Shown here: one piece after another, positions 37,776 to 50,267 of the stretch
How the letters are laid out: every line of letters starts with the position of its first letter
Numbering within the stretch: position 1 is the first letter of the stretch
Assembly: GCA_905331295.1 (NCBI GenBank)
Contig: CAJNYD010000070.1
Location: forward strand, 1-64,000
Origin: Rotaria socialis
Taxonomy: Eukaryota
Direction: 5' to 3'
DNA length: 64,000 bases
Translations under genes and position numbers: made by a program
Notes under the pieces: generated by a model
The model's input: only the letters and a program-made list of their open reading frames with translations
The model's database searches: none
What the model was told of the DNA's origin: nothing

Positions 37776-40700
37776 AAATATTAGAAATGATTAAAAGGAA
37801 CTACAAAAGATGAAAGTTGATTTTCGTCATTACTTACTTTTTCTGTATATTACCAGCTAGGGAACGTTTAGTAGTGAAAAGCACTCAGCGGAAGTTTAGT
37901 GTAAGTATTTGAAAAGGATTTTCCCGATCAAAATAAAATCGACAATCTTTTAAACGTCGCTAACTTACTTGTTATCAGTGGACAAAGCTTTTAATTTTAA
38001 ATCGGCACTGGAGAGCAAACAGGATATTTGCCACATTGAGGATGATGAACGCATATATTGCCAGGTTCATAACAACGCTTATCAGTGAGATTGCATGCAA
38101 CTAGTTCAGAACAAGCTACTAATTCAAAGGCACATCATGACATATTTGAGATTTTACTCGAATTATCAAAATGCTATATGAAAAGCAAAATACATGCAAC
38201 CAAATATGTAAAGATTGCAAAAACTATTTCAAAACGCTAGATGATTCCCTGCAAAGAATGAAAGTGAAGCAGGAGATTTCTTTTGAAACCATCGTTTATG
38301 TTTAAGATGAAACTATCTGGTGTCATTGTCCGCTTATATATTGCACATTATTGACAGTAAAATAAATGACAATTTCACCTATTGATATTACTACGATGCT
38401 TTGTTAATCATTTAATTTTTCATCAAAAACTTGATCCTTATGCAAGTATTTCACATGTTTTTCTCCTGAATATCAGTATGATTAGTACTGTTGCGAACAG
38501 TTGCCTTCGTAATTCAACGTTGACTGATAATAATTTGAAGAAACATTTTATTTTTAATGCGATGCGAAGCAAACCATTCATGTAGTCCGTTGCGATTGTT
38601 TTTCCTTTCTTACTTTTTAGCTCGAAACACGCATAACGTCCCGTCATTTTCTGACTCGATGATCTCGAGAACTGTAAGTCATAGAAAATTCGTTCGAACT
38701 CCAAGATGTCTTTTCGAAATTTTAATCTGAAGTTCCGTTCGCTCGCAAATATCGTTCCAAAATGACGAAAATTAAAGGACTTTTCTAAGTATTGATAGAG
38801 TTTTTCAGATGATGAATTTCATCATGTTTACATGGAAATTATTTGAGATTTTTTCGGATTCAAGATTTTTGTAGTAGATCCGATTGGAGCTTCGCATCGC
38901 ATTCCGTTTTTAAGTTTAACTCACAGTGACTGTCTTCATCAATTGCGTAAAAATTATTTGTGCTAGCTGATTAAAAAGTTGATGATTAAATTTATAAATT
39001 TTATTAAATTTTCAAAATTGCTCAGCCTAAAAAATAAATAAATATTTAATATTCAATCATTCAAATACAATTGAACTTAAGCTCATTCATTTTTTTCATA
39101 GGATTCTGAATGCATCATTCTCGTAAATTTGAAGCGAGTTTATTATAGAATTGGTATCCTTTTTTTTATATTACTTTGTCATGTAAAACAGTGAGACTGA
39201 AAACGAAAGTCATCGATTTCCGAATTGCCTGAATAGAATAAACATGAGAAAATAAATCAGTGTTGAGAGCATTGTTGTTGTTAAAATGAGACAGCATACT
39301 AATGGTAACTATCTGACTGCAAGGTCAATGGGTGTGGGTGCGGTGAATTAAAAATATCACACCCACAATTGGCTCGGCGAAGTTTCTAGTCATTTAAATA
39401 ATTGTATATTTTAGAAAAAAACAAACGAATGAAACTTGCTTGAAGTGATCTAAATTGAAACCTTCATACTAACTCAAAGATATTGATATTTTACCCATTG
39501 TCTGTTTTTCCTATTGTGTAAATCGAGAACCGATAAGCCACCTGAATTTTAATAATCATGTTTGTTAAAATGTGATTCTCTAATTCTGAGTTATGTGTTT
39601 TTCTGTGTTGGGATGGCATATTGATTTTATTCAGTTCTTATTCCGGTTCTGAGAAAAAACGGTAATTTCATGAAAAAATCAAATAACTGTGATTTTTCAA
39701 TGATAAATTCGAGTTACAGTTTATTTTTCAAAATTCTGTGTTACACGAATATAATTTAATTCATACATCATAGAAAAAGTATCAAGTGATATTATGAAGA
39801 TTCCTTCTATGATTAAACACAATTAAGTAGTTTTGATATAATTTTGAAAATCAAATGAAACCTTTGCTTTAAACTCACAAAAAACAGATTTCAATTGATT
39901 CATTCGCTATATACTTAGAAACGAAGGCAAGTTATAGCTCTTCAAATTGACTTTGAAATACAATTATTTTTTTGAATAGAGGATATTTTACCGTTTCTAC
40001 CTACTTCCAATGCTAGAGAATCTAAAATAAGTTTGACGCAAAATGGTGATGCTCAGCGAATTCGTAAATTGTTACTTTAAACGACAAAGTTTCGAGATCA
40101 GGAATACTTCAATATAAATGAAGCACGTGAAGGTGGGAGTGGGTCCTTTTGGTCTTATTTTCCTCTCACTGATACCTTCACTCACACTCCAAGCAGGAGA
40201 GTCATTGGCTTACAACTTGACAAAACTGCATAAACTCATAAAAGATCATATTCTAGTGCTCTTAATTGCAATATTCTAAGAGAATTTGATTAGTGATTGC
40301 ATAACAGTCGGTTGCATATCATTTTTCGAAACTCAGCTACAATATCTTGATAGTGACTGCTCTTCTGAAATTCATGAAAAATTGGTAGTTGAAGGAGATA
40401 CGTAGTTTGTATTTCTGTTGCATCTATACCACAAGACAATTATTCTTTATAATTCTCAGAAGACAGTACAGATTTAAGATGGCAATTGACATGTGTATAT
40501 CGATGGATGTGGCGGATAAATAGATGAAAGAAAGTAAATGAAAGTGATGATGAATCATGTGAGGGCATGCATGTAACAGAAGGAATATTAGTTTTTCATT
40601 TATTCGTCAGGCCATTTTGTGATGGCAAAATGAGCACATGTTCTGATTCTCTTGTTTCTTATCTCAGTAATAAGAATTGAATTGGAAATAATGACGCCAA

Positions 40701-40881
40701 GTGCTGTGAAAACGGCCAATCGCTGTAACAAACAACTAGGAAAATGCCAAGATTTGTCAGAGAAAATTATATTGCAATATTTATGTATAAATAGGAACAT
40801 CGACTACTATACATTTGAAGAAGAAAACTAAATCGAAAGACATACTGAAAACAAGATTAAATATTGTGAAAACTGAGTGTA

Positions 40882-43437
40882 ATGGATCCTACCAATACAA
40901 AACCCGCGCCCGCTCATCAAATTCCAGAATCAATATGTTCATGTAAAAGTGAGTCTGTGCGTTCAAACGAAATAACTACTGGAGAAAGTTCTGTAATCAG
41001 AAATATGTCACTTCAATCTTCATGGTCGAATGCAATTGACGGTTTTATTATAATTTGGTTGGATGCAAATATGGATGAGGCCAATTGTGATTACCAACAG
41101 TCTATTACTAAACTTCGATGCATTGTTGATTCGATCAAATTATTTAGAAATGAAGATGATTGCAATGATTTTCTGCAACGTGTCAATAAACAAAAATTTA
41201 GTTTGATTTTGTCAGAAAATTGTGGTGAAAATCTTATACCAAAGCTTCTACATTCTTCGCAATTAGACTCCATTTATATTCTTTCTACGGACACGATTAT
41301 ATCGGAGCATTTGCTCAAGCAATCGAGAAAAATCAATGGCGTTTTTCCAGACATCTCAGCCATTTGTAATCAAATTAAACAAAATACGCAGCAGTACAAA
41401 TACGAAAACATGCCGATCAGTATTGTTTCCACATCGTGTCCAAATAATTTGAAGGAACTCGATCCTTCATTTATGTATACGCAGTTGATAAAACAAGTTC
41501 TACTCGAAATTGAATATGGAGATCAATCGAAGCAAGAATTAATCAATTTTCTTTGCACTCGAAATTCCGGCAATATCAATTCGATTCGTACATTTGACCG
41601 AGATTACTATAATGAGACACCCATTTGGTGGTACACAAAGGAGTCGTTTATTTATTCAATGCTCAATACAGCTCTGCGCACACAAGATAATGAAACCATT
41701 ATCAAAATGGGTTTCATCGTCCGAGATGTACACCGACAAATTGAACAGGTGTACTTGAAAACAGATAGACAAATAAAAAGAATAGTTTATCGTGGCCAAT
41801 GCATCTCACATGCTGAACTAGAGAAGATTCAGCGAAGTCACGGTGGTTTATTCTCATTCAATAATTTCTTGTCAACCAGTACTGATCGACAAGTCGCTTA
41901 TCTTTTTGCGGACAGTGCTCGGAGCCATTCAGAGCTTGTGCCAGTTATATTTCAAATAGAGATCGATCCATCAATCTCATCAACTGTTTTTGCTCCGCTA
42001 GATGGCATCAGCTATTTTTCTGATCAAGAAGCTGAAATCCTCTTTTCTATGCATACAGTCTGTCGCATAGAAAATACGTATCGCATTGATGATCGATTGT
42101 GGAATATCGATTTAACATTAACAGATGACAACGATGAACAGTTAAAATGTCTCACGAATTATATGCAGCAAGAAATAGAAGAGCTTCCAGTGAGTCATCG
42201 ACTCGGTCATCTGATGATCAAAATGGGAGAATTTGACAGAGCAGAACAATTTTTTTACGGGATAATTAACGCCACATCCGGAAAAGATTTGGATAAAATC
42301 GCTTATCTCTATCATCAATTAGGATTCGTCAAATATTCACAAGGTCATAATTCAACGGCATTAGAACATTTTGAGAAATCACGCGAAATAAGAGAAAATA
42401 CTCCTTCGCTCATTGATCTAAAAGTGGCCAAGACATACAGTGCCATTGGGACAGTTTATGCCAATATGGCAAACTACTCTGCTGCATTATCATACTATGA
42501 AAAGTCAATTGCAATCAAAGAAAAATTCCTGTCACCAATAGATCCAGATTGGGCGATCACTTATAATAATATGGGCCAATTCTATTATATGACTGGGGAT
42601 TATTCGAGTGCACGCTTATACTTTGAAAAGGCAATAGAAATCCCAGAAAAATCTCTTCCACCAATACATCCTTCTCGTGCCACAGCTTACAACAATCTTG
42701 GTGCAACCCTGAAATTGTTGGAAGACTACTCAACTTCACTTTTATATTATGAGAAGGCTCTCGAAATCGAACAGAAATCTCTTCTGCCAAATCATGCTTC
42801 TCTGGCCATCACCTATAACAATATTGCTGGAATACATAACTTAAACCGAGACTATACATCTGCACTTTCATATCTTGAGAAGACACTCGACATTCAGCAA
42901 CATTCATTACCATCTACTCATTACAACTTAGCTAAGACTTATAACAACATTGGCACAACACACCTATCGATGGGAAATCACTCGATTGCGCTCTCAAGTC
43001 AAGAAAAAGCACTGGAAATTCAGCAAAATTCGCTGTCATCTACTGATCCTAGTATAGGCGCCACCTACTACAACATTGGAAAAACGTATCAATCAATAGG
43101 AAACTATTCAAATGCACTTGTATATTTTCAAACAGCACTCGAAATACAAGAAAAATCGTTGCCAATCAATTATCCTATTTTGGGTACGAGGTATAACGCT
43201 ATAGCTGAAACATATCACTCAATGGAAAACTATTCGACTGCACTCTCATATTATGAGAAAACACTCGAAATTCAAAAACAATTTCCTGAATATTCACATT
43301 CCAAATTTGACGTCACCTGTAAAAAAATTGCAGATATATTGCACAGGCTGGGACGACATCAAGAAGCTGCGAGATATGACGAAAAACAACCGATCGATGT
43401 TCCTTCCCAAGCAGTTGAATACAACCAGTCCAACTGA
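40882..43437 (+). CDS. ADP-ribosyltransferase (R-S-E clade) domain followed by about 9 TPR repeats
   Basis: VYRGQ, FLSTS and QEAEILF form an intact catalytic triad. Repeated 42-aa A.TYNNIG...GDYS.AL.YYEKAL.I TPR units. Confidence 0.92.
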   Translation: MDPTNTKPAPAHQIPESICSCKSESVRSNEITTGESSVIRNMSLQSSWSNAIDGFIIIWLDANMDEANCDYQQSITKLRCIVDSIKLFRNEDDCNDFLQRVNKQKFSLILSENCGENLIPKLLHSSQLDSIYILSTDTIISEHLLKQSRKINGVFPDISAICNQIKQNTQQYKYENMPISIVSTSCPNNLKELDPSFMYTQLIKQVLLEIEYGDQSKQELINFLCTRNSGNINSIRTFDRDYYNETPIWWYTKESFIYSMLNTALRTQDNETIIKMGFIVRDVHRQIEQVYLKTDRQIKRIVYRGQCISHAELEKIQRSHGGLFSFNNFLSTSTDRQVAYLFADSARSHSELVPVIFQIEIDPSISSTVFAPLDGISYFSDQEAEILFSMHTVCRIENTYRIDDRLWNIDLTLTDDNDEQLKCLTNYMQQEIEELPVSHRLGHLMIKMGEFDRAEQFFYGIINATSGKDLDKIAYLYHQLGFVKYSQGHNSTALEHFEKSREIRENTPSLIDLKVAKTYSAIGTVYANMANYSAALSYYEKSIAIKEKFLSPIDPDWAITYNNMGQFYYMTGDYSSARLYFEKAIEIPEKSLPPIHPSRATAYNNLGATLKLLEDYSTSLLYYEKALEIEQKSLLPNHASLAITYNNIAGIHNLNRDYTSALSYLEKTLDIQQHSLPSTHYNLAKTYNNIGTTHLSMGNHSIALSSQEKALEIQQNSLSSTDPSIGATYYNIGKTYQSIGNYSNALVYFQTALEIQEKSLPINYPILGTRYNAIAETYHSMENYSTALSYYEKTLEIQKQFPEYSHSKFDVTCKKIADILHRLGRHQEAARYDEKQPIDVPSQAVEYNQSN

Positions 43438-43861
43438 TAATCTTTTTGAAATTGCATTAAATTATTTAGTCAGACATTGCCACTACTCATGACATTGAAA
43501 GATAATTGGATTGCACCACTCAATTTTCTTCAAATAAACATTTTAAAATATCTATTTATTCGAGAGCGTGGATGTGGATCTTCTCATTAGATTCATACCT
43601 TCAAATTTGTTTTTGGTTGATGGTCAGAAGTACCCTCTCGAGATTTCAACAGCGACGATGGCAACTGACCATGATGAATCTGAATATACTATGTTTATTT
43701 TGCGAACACCTACCCTTAAAAACGGCTTCCGGGTGATATGATATGCTTAGGAAGATATGAATGTCACAACAAATTATAAAAAATGAAATATCGAAAGAAA
43801 GAAGGAGTATTTTTTGAAGCGATTGACTTAAATAATCATACAACATTTGAGTTGTAACATA

Positions 43862-44564
43862 AAGGGTGATTCAAAAGTCTTGGTGCTTTATAGAAAAAAA
43901 ATTTCTTCCTTTTTTTGTACATATATCAAACAATTCTCAAACTTGGGTATATAATAGCTTGCAACTAGGTGAATATTATCCTAAATTTTCGAAATTCTAG
44001 TTCTCACTTACAAAAAAGATTTATACACTCAAATAATAGTGAGGATCTTATTTTTTCTATAACGTCGTAAACGTTTTATTGATAAAAACATCTAGAATAA
44101 TTAATTTTATCATAAATACAACAAGCAGTAATAGAATAAATTATATTTTTATACGTTGCCATAGTCTTTTCTGTTGATTAAATAGCTATTTTTCTAAATC
44201 AAAGCTTGTAGTCGTCTGGGTATTGAGTCGAATCCTTTGGAACACGTTGCTGGAGTGATTGTATTCCAGATTGTTACAATTATTTTTTTAAAATAAAGAT
44301 ACATTTATTTTCAAATCCTTCTTCTTCTAGTTTCTCTTTAAAAAATCACTGAAATTGATTGATGAACAACCGCCAAAGATAAAATCTAGCCAATCACACT
44401 TGAAGATATGTTTGAGGGTGTGGGTGTGGATCTTCTCATCACATCCGTATACACACCCTCTAGTTGGAAGCTACTATATACCCAAGTTTGAGAATTGTTT
44501 GATTTGCAGAAAAGGAAGAAAATAAAATTTTTATGCGAAGTACCAAGACTTTTAGATCACCCTT
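43862..44564. mobile_element. Internally deleted Tc1/mariner element
   Basis: About 105-bp imperfect TIRs starting AAGGGTGATT, flanked by TA on both sides. Minus-strand remnant LDFIFG near 44390 resembles the mariner PLDF.LWG motif. Confidence 0.85.
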
Positions 44565-45316
44565 TATATAAAAAAAATGTGCTACATATGACAAAGAAAA
44601 AACTAGAGTTGCCAACTGACATTTCATGTAATTAATAGTTTGTATATATTAAAAGTGGTTATCTACGGGTTCGAATGTATTGCTTTACTTTTCTGAAGTT
44701 CTCTTTAATATTCTAATACATATTCTATGATGCCTTTATCTCCTTGGCATATGGTCAGTGTTTTATTTTATGAAGATTTTTTAAGGAGCTGTTGTAAATC
44801 AAACACTACAAAAACGTAGGGTAAATAAGAGATATCACTCCAGCTTGGAATCAATTGAACCTTAGATAGATTGCGTAAAGACTACTTAAAATGATAGCTT
44901 AAAGTATTATACACATAAGGCACAATCAGAAAAATATTCTAATCAAGCTTACTAAATGGAATCTGTCGACAGTCCTGAAGAGATTATCACTCATCTAGAG
45001 ACACTTGTTTTAATCAAAATATCGTCCCGTGATATGATCAATAAACATGTTCAAAATTGATGTGAAATCAATAAGTCATTGGTCTTTCTTTTACTTGCAT
45101 TAGTCATTGGGTTTCTATATTCTATAAAGAGATTAGAAAAGCAGATGCATCAAGGATTCATTTTGAGAAGTATCTTAACAAATTATAATTATAAATGCTT
45201 GTCATGCAGAAAGAATATCCTTAATATTATCTTATCTTTCTTTTTCATTCAATAAAAGGCGTGTACTGTAGATTAAAATCTAATACTTAATTAAATTCTT
45301 AATTGTTACTACCATT

Positions 45317-46262
45317 ATGGATTTGCCGACCAATATGAACCGACTAAGTATATTCGTGTGTTGTTTGACTACTATAGTGGCATTTAGTTTTCTTTTGATT
45401 GCAATTCTACATCGACGTCAATATTTTAATTTTCCAACATTACTAGCATGCAATATTACTCTGGTTGTGCTTGCATTTGCTGTTAATAATCTAGCAGTTA
45501 GTTGTTATACGCTTATTTGGGATCAACAATAACAACCAGACATAGATTTCTTTTGTTCGATTCGTGCTTATATTCATCATTCACTTGTGCTTCAGGCAAT
45601 ACAAAAGTATTGTACGTAGTATTAAATCAATCAAAATTCTCTATAGTCAAACTCACAAAATTTATCTCGTTGCCATTCAATGGACTCTCGATATCGTCTT
45701 TCTATTGCCTCTTTTATTTACAGGTAACATGCCGAAAGTTTCTTTCGAGAATATGTGTTTACTTGCATTATCAAAACCTTTTGTTATTCGCTATTACGCC
45801 TATAATTTCATTCATTTCGCCTGATACTATTCTGATCGTTATCTATATTAGCTTAATAAAGTTTATGCGCAATGCTTCGGCAAGAGTTTACGGTGATGAA
45901 GAAAGACAATGTGTCGAGATTTGGCAATGGTCCGTCGAATTGTACTACGTAATGGTCAGTTAGTTGTAACCTCTCTGCCAGCTGCTATTGTAATGATAAT
46001 GGTCATAATTCGCCTAGAACTATTAAATGTAAAATACTTTCATGTCTTACTCTTCATGATGGACACATCACCATGTATTATGGTTTCAATTCTCTTTTGG
46101 ATCACTCCAAATCTTCGAAGTTGTCTGTGTGAGAGATTTAATCAGCTAAAACACTGGTCAGTTACAATTGCCAATCGTGTCATGCGAATAAGAGGCAATC
46201 AGACACTTCGTGTTGTACAGCATCGTTTACCTACAATTAGCAATCGCGTAAATCCAAAATAG
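45317..46262 (+). pseudogene. Rhodopsin-like orphan GPCR pseudogene
   Basis: Hydrophobic TM segments are spread over several frames (PTLLACN, IQWTLDIVFLLP, RDLAMVRRIV, LFWITPNLR), with an in-frame TAA at 45530-45532 and frameshifts. Confidence 0.7.
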
Positions 46263-47558
46263 CAACCAAAGATCGTTATTCAATCAAAATGTTTTAAAGC
46301 TGGGTGTGGGTGTGAGGGTGTGGAGATGGGTAAACTCTTGACCCATCCACACACCTACACCCAAACCCTTGTTGCTAGTAATCGTTCGTAAAGTTTGAGT
46401 AAACAGCAGGCAGGCACTTGGCTGTATTCTTGTCTACTGATCGTTCCTACTCTATGTTTCATATTACTAAAATACATTCTCTAAGAAGAGTCCAACTTTT
46501 GATTACCTATTTTATTAGTAATTCTGAAGCACAATTAAACAAAATTAATTACGGTAGCTCGTTTTTTTACATATGAGATCAAATTCCTTTAGATGCAAAT
46601 AACAAAATCATATCATAAAAACTCATGAAATAGAGACGTGTTAATGTAGATAAATAGTACTTGATGAGCGCCACAAGTAAAAAGAAAATCTGTCAAGTGC
46701 CTACCTTATTATTGATGGATACACTTTCGATCCTAAGAAATTCATCAGATACAAAATATTTTGTGGTTGTTAGCATAAACTAAAGTTCGCTAGATTTTAT
46801 TGAAGTTTTTGCCAGACTCTTACAAATTCAAGTGAAAATAATTTCTATTAATTTTGGTTGTATGCTTTTGGAAAACTTTTCAGAGAATGATTCATCTTAG
46901 TTCAGACTGTAACTCAAAACCGTTATTAAATAGAAAAATAACTAAATACGAGAAATACTTGGAATAAATAATCAGTCATCCGGCTGCAGCAACTGATAAA
47001 GAAAACGGTAAGAAGAGAATACTGTTATAACTCTAACAATTATTTACCTTGCATTGAGACATTGATAATTCAATCAAATAATGGCGATGTCAATGGAGTG
47101 CAAACTTCCACAGTTAGATTCGCAGAACATGGGAGCAGTTTATTTATTGGCAGGTTCTGTTCGATTTCTGTTGTGATCTTACTATGCCTCAGGTACACTC
47201 TTCTGTATCGAATCGATCATACGATGTGATGTGAAAAGTATTTCAATTGCTTAAAAGACTGGAATCTCCTGAATCAGTTAATGTCGTCAAATATTTCAGT
47301 TACTTTCAATATGCATGAGCATCTAAATCAGGATTATTTGATCCACATCGCAACTATTATACGATCATTTACCATCTCTCTGGCTAATCTAATAAAATCC
47401 TTTCAGTAGAGGGCCAGCGGCGCTTACGTCGCGTTACTTGTACTGAAATAATTTTATTGTTATTGATTAGAATTCTAGGAGTTGTTTAATGATCTAAACC
47501 TTTTGTTTTTCATATAAAATTTGCGTTTTATATAATAATGTAGTATTGGGATTCTTAA

Positions 47559-47600
47559 GATACCTGATGAGATCCTTAAGCAAGATCGAAACGTCGTGTT
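47559..47600 (+). ncRNA. Minimal type I hammerhead ribozyme
   Basis: Stem I GATAC/GTGTT, core CTGATGA (47564-47570), stem II GATC-CTTAAGCAA-GATC, GAAA, palindromic mini stem III ACGT, and GUC cleavage triplet ending 47595. Confidence 0.8.
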
Positions 47601-47612
47601 ATGCTTTGAATT

Positions 47613-48021
47613 CAGGGCTGGTCAAGTCAGGTGTTTTTCAAGTCAAGTCAAGCATGACTTGAGTTGGGGTATTTTGGACTTGACTTGCCCAGCTCTGAAT
47701 CCATTCAAATGATATAAATAAATACAGTTCAAATTCAATGAGGTGTACGAACGAACAAAAAAAATCAAAAGAGAAGATACCTCTTAACAACCGTATGATT
47801 CAACATGGGAAACTATTTTTACTATTCTGATTTGATTTAGGCAATCTCTTTAATATATTTGACCTGGTTTGATAAAAATTTCTAATTTTTGGAGTTTTAC
47901 TTGACTTGGAAAACTTTTTAAGTAAATTTGGTTTTACTAGACTTGACTTGATTTGACTTTGATTTGACTTGGCTTGACTTGGGGTATTTTGGGCTTATAT
48001 ATATTGACTTGCCCAGTTCTG
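47613..48021. mobile_element. hAT-type MITE with (CAAGT/ACTTG)n subterminal arrays
   Basis: Ends CAGGGCTGGTCAAGTC / GACTTGCCCAGTTCTG; 8-bp TSD TTTGAATT/TTTGAATC. An extra internal right end lies at 47697. Confidence 0.8.
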
Positions 48022-48050
48022 TTTGAATCTATCAAATATTAAGTGCTTAA

Positions 48051-48074
48051 CACACCCACACCCACACCCACACC
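48051..48074. repeat. Perfect interstitial telomere-type repeat (CACACC)4
   Basis: cacacccacacccacacccacacc, the reverse complement of the TGTGGG telomere repeat reported for Adineta vaga. Confidence 0.85.
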
Positions 48075-49330
48075 TTAGGTGGCTAAAAAATTCTCAAATG
48101 AGTATGCTTAATCTTGGGAAAACAGTACCTATGGGATCGTGCGTAATCACATTTTTTTTGAATCGCAAGTGTTTAATAGGTTATTTAGATTTTGCAAAAG
48201 TTGACGTCATGGATGGTCATCGAAGCAGCTACCTAAACACTCAGAAGATTTTTCTAGTTGTTCAAGGTGCAGCAAGTCATAGAATAAAGAACGGTGTCGT
48301 CAAAAAGGTTTTTGTTTGTAAAAGCCAACAAAAGAACAATAAAACTTTGTTTTTCTGTTTATTACTGTTTTATATACCTTTTTTAAGTTTATGAGCGTGA
48401 TAGACATAGTTTCTCATAAAACTCTTTGTACTGTAATCATTTATTATAAGCTAAAAAATTATATCTTCTTGTATTATTTTAATTTTTGAGACGTCGGTTT
48501 TTAGATGTAGATAGAATATATCCTTTTTCTTAAAGGTAACAGTAAACTATTTGCTGAAGAATATACTCGTATTCCAAACTCATACAAAAGAAAAGATTTA
48601 TAAATACAAAAAATATATAGAAGGAGATAGGATTTCTTTTATCCTATAATAAATATTTACCGGTATGAAGAGCTATGCTTATCAAGCTCATAAACTTAAA
48701 AAAGTCATATAAAACAGTAATAAATACAAGATGTAGTTTCATTATTCTTGAGTTTGTTGGCGAAAAATTGAAAATACTTGTTTTTTTTATAAGCTAAGTA
48801 AGATGCTGTTGTAATTTTTGTGAAAATACGACATAAAACTAAAATATAGGTCTCTGCGATTTTCTATCCTTTCAACTTATTTAATTCGTTGAGCCATAGC
48901 ACCTATCTGTTGCATATTCATACTTGAAAACACTATTTGGTTGCACTCGGAGTATGTGTAGTTCGGAACAATTATTTCCGTTTATATTTTTTTATTTGGT
49001 ATTCACCCAATTTTTGTAGAGATTTTTTGGAAAACTAAAAGAATAAATATAACACGTATTCCTATTCTGGTACTGGAGCATTTTGAAATATTCATATCGT
49101 TTCCAATTGGCATGAATGTATGAAAAGCATATTAGAAAATGAACTATTTCGAGAGTGTATCTGATATATGGATCAAAATTCACATTGAAATGTATTTAAG
49201 TTGTTACAGATACTCAGTCTTCCCAAGCCTAATGGTTTCGACACCTATGGTCCTAGGATAAAAGAAAAATTATATGTTGTATTATATAAAAATATATTTG
49301 ATTGATATGTTTCTTTAGAAAGGAGAAACA

Positions 49331-50267
49331 ATGTCAACTCATTCAACAAATGGACCAATTTTAGCTACTGATCTAGACCTTAATCAGTGGAAAAGAATAT
49401 TTGATAATTGTGGCTTACTCTGTGGTATTTGCATGAATGATAAAGAACCTACTCGTGCTATGCAACCCATTGTCAAATTTAAAGAATCAATTGATTGTAA
49501 GCCACTTTTTCAAGTTCGTGATGATTGTGAAATTCGAACCTATATGAGAAATAAAAGAATGAAAAGTTGGTTTGTTTCAAATAGCTATTTTGATGGAGGC
49601 TTGGATTTGTCTTTATTTGGTGCTGGAGCTAATATGGCTTATTCGAAAGATTATTCAACAAACAAAGAAACACAAACAAAATATTCAACTTGTGCGTATC
49701 ATTTTCGACGTGTTATTATGAAATTGGATTTAAAATATCTTGAACTAAATCAATCATTTATCAATGATATTGACTGCGTTTTAAGAAATTATTCAGAATA
49801 TAAAGAAAAAATGAGAGATTTTTCAAAAGTAGACTATGATGACTATGAAAAAACGATGTCAAGAATTCACAATGATTTAGAGCAAGTCTTTTCAACTTAT
49901 GGTCATGTTTATCCTAAAGAAGTTACACTTGGTGGTCATCTATTTCTTACAGAAGAACATTCCATTTATTCATCTTCTAATGAAGATACAATACGAAAAA
50001 GTGGCGAGATCCGTTTTAAATCTATTTTTTCAAAACTGATTGAAATTCATGCAAAGAGTGGGTCTTCATATACATCAGAACATGAACACAGTTATGAAAA
50101 ATTATCAACTACCTTGGAAGCTGTTGGCGGTAATACACTATATGCTAGTGATCCAGAACAATGGATGAAAACTATAGCAGATCCAATGCTTTGGCGTATT
50201 ATTGAACAAAAGGATTACAAACCAATTATGGATTTACTTAATGAACAACAGCGAGCTATCATTGAAG
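49331..50267 (+). CDS. MACPF (perforin-like) domain protein, first exon; downstream exons not identified
   Basis: MACPF signature VFSTYGHVYPKEVTLGG, LEAVGG and WMKTIADPMLWRII. Likely donor GAAG|GTTGGT at 50268; the rest of the ORF reads like intron. Confidence 0.8.

Noticed and set aside
46660..46780. Possible FLYWCH/MULE remnant (LIIDGYTF)
   Set aside because: Too short and disrupted to support a call.
48023..48394. ORFs with HPHPHP or GCGC runs (also 57739, 60095, 51253)
   Set aside because: These are translations of the telomere-type hexamer and not credible genes.
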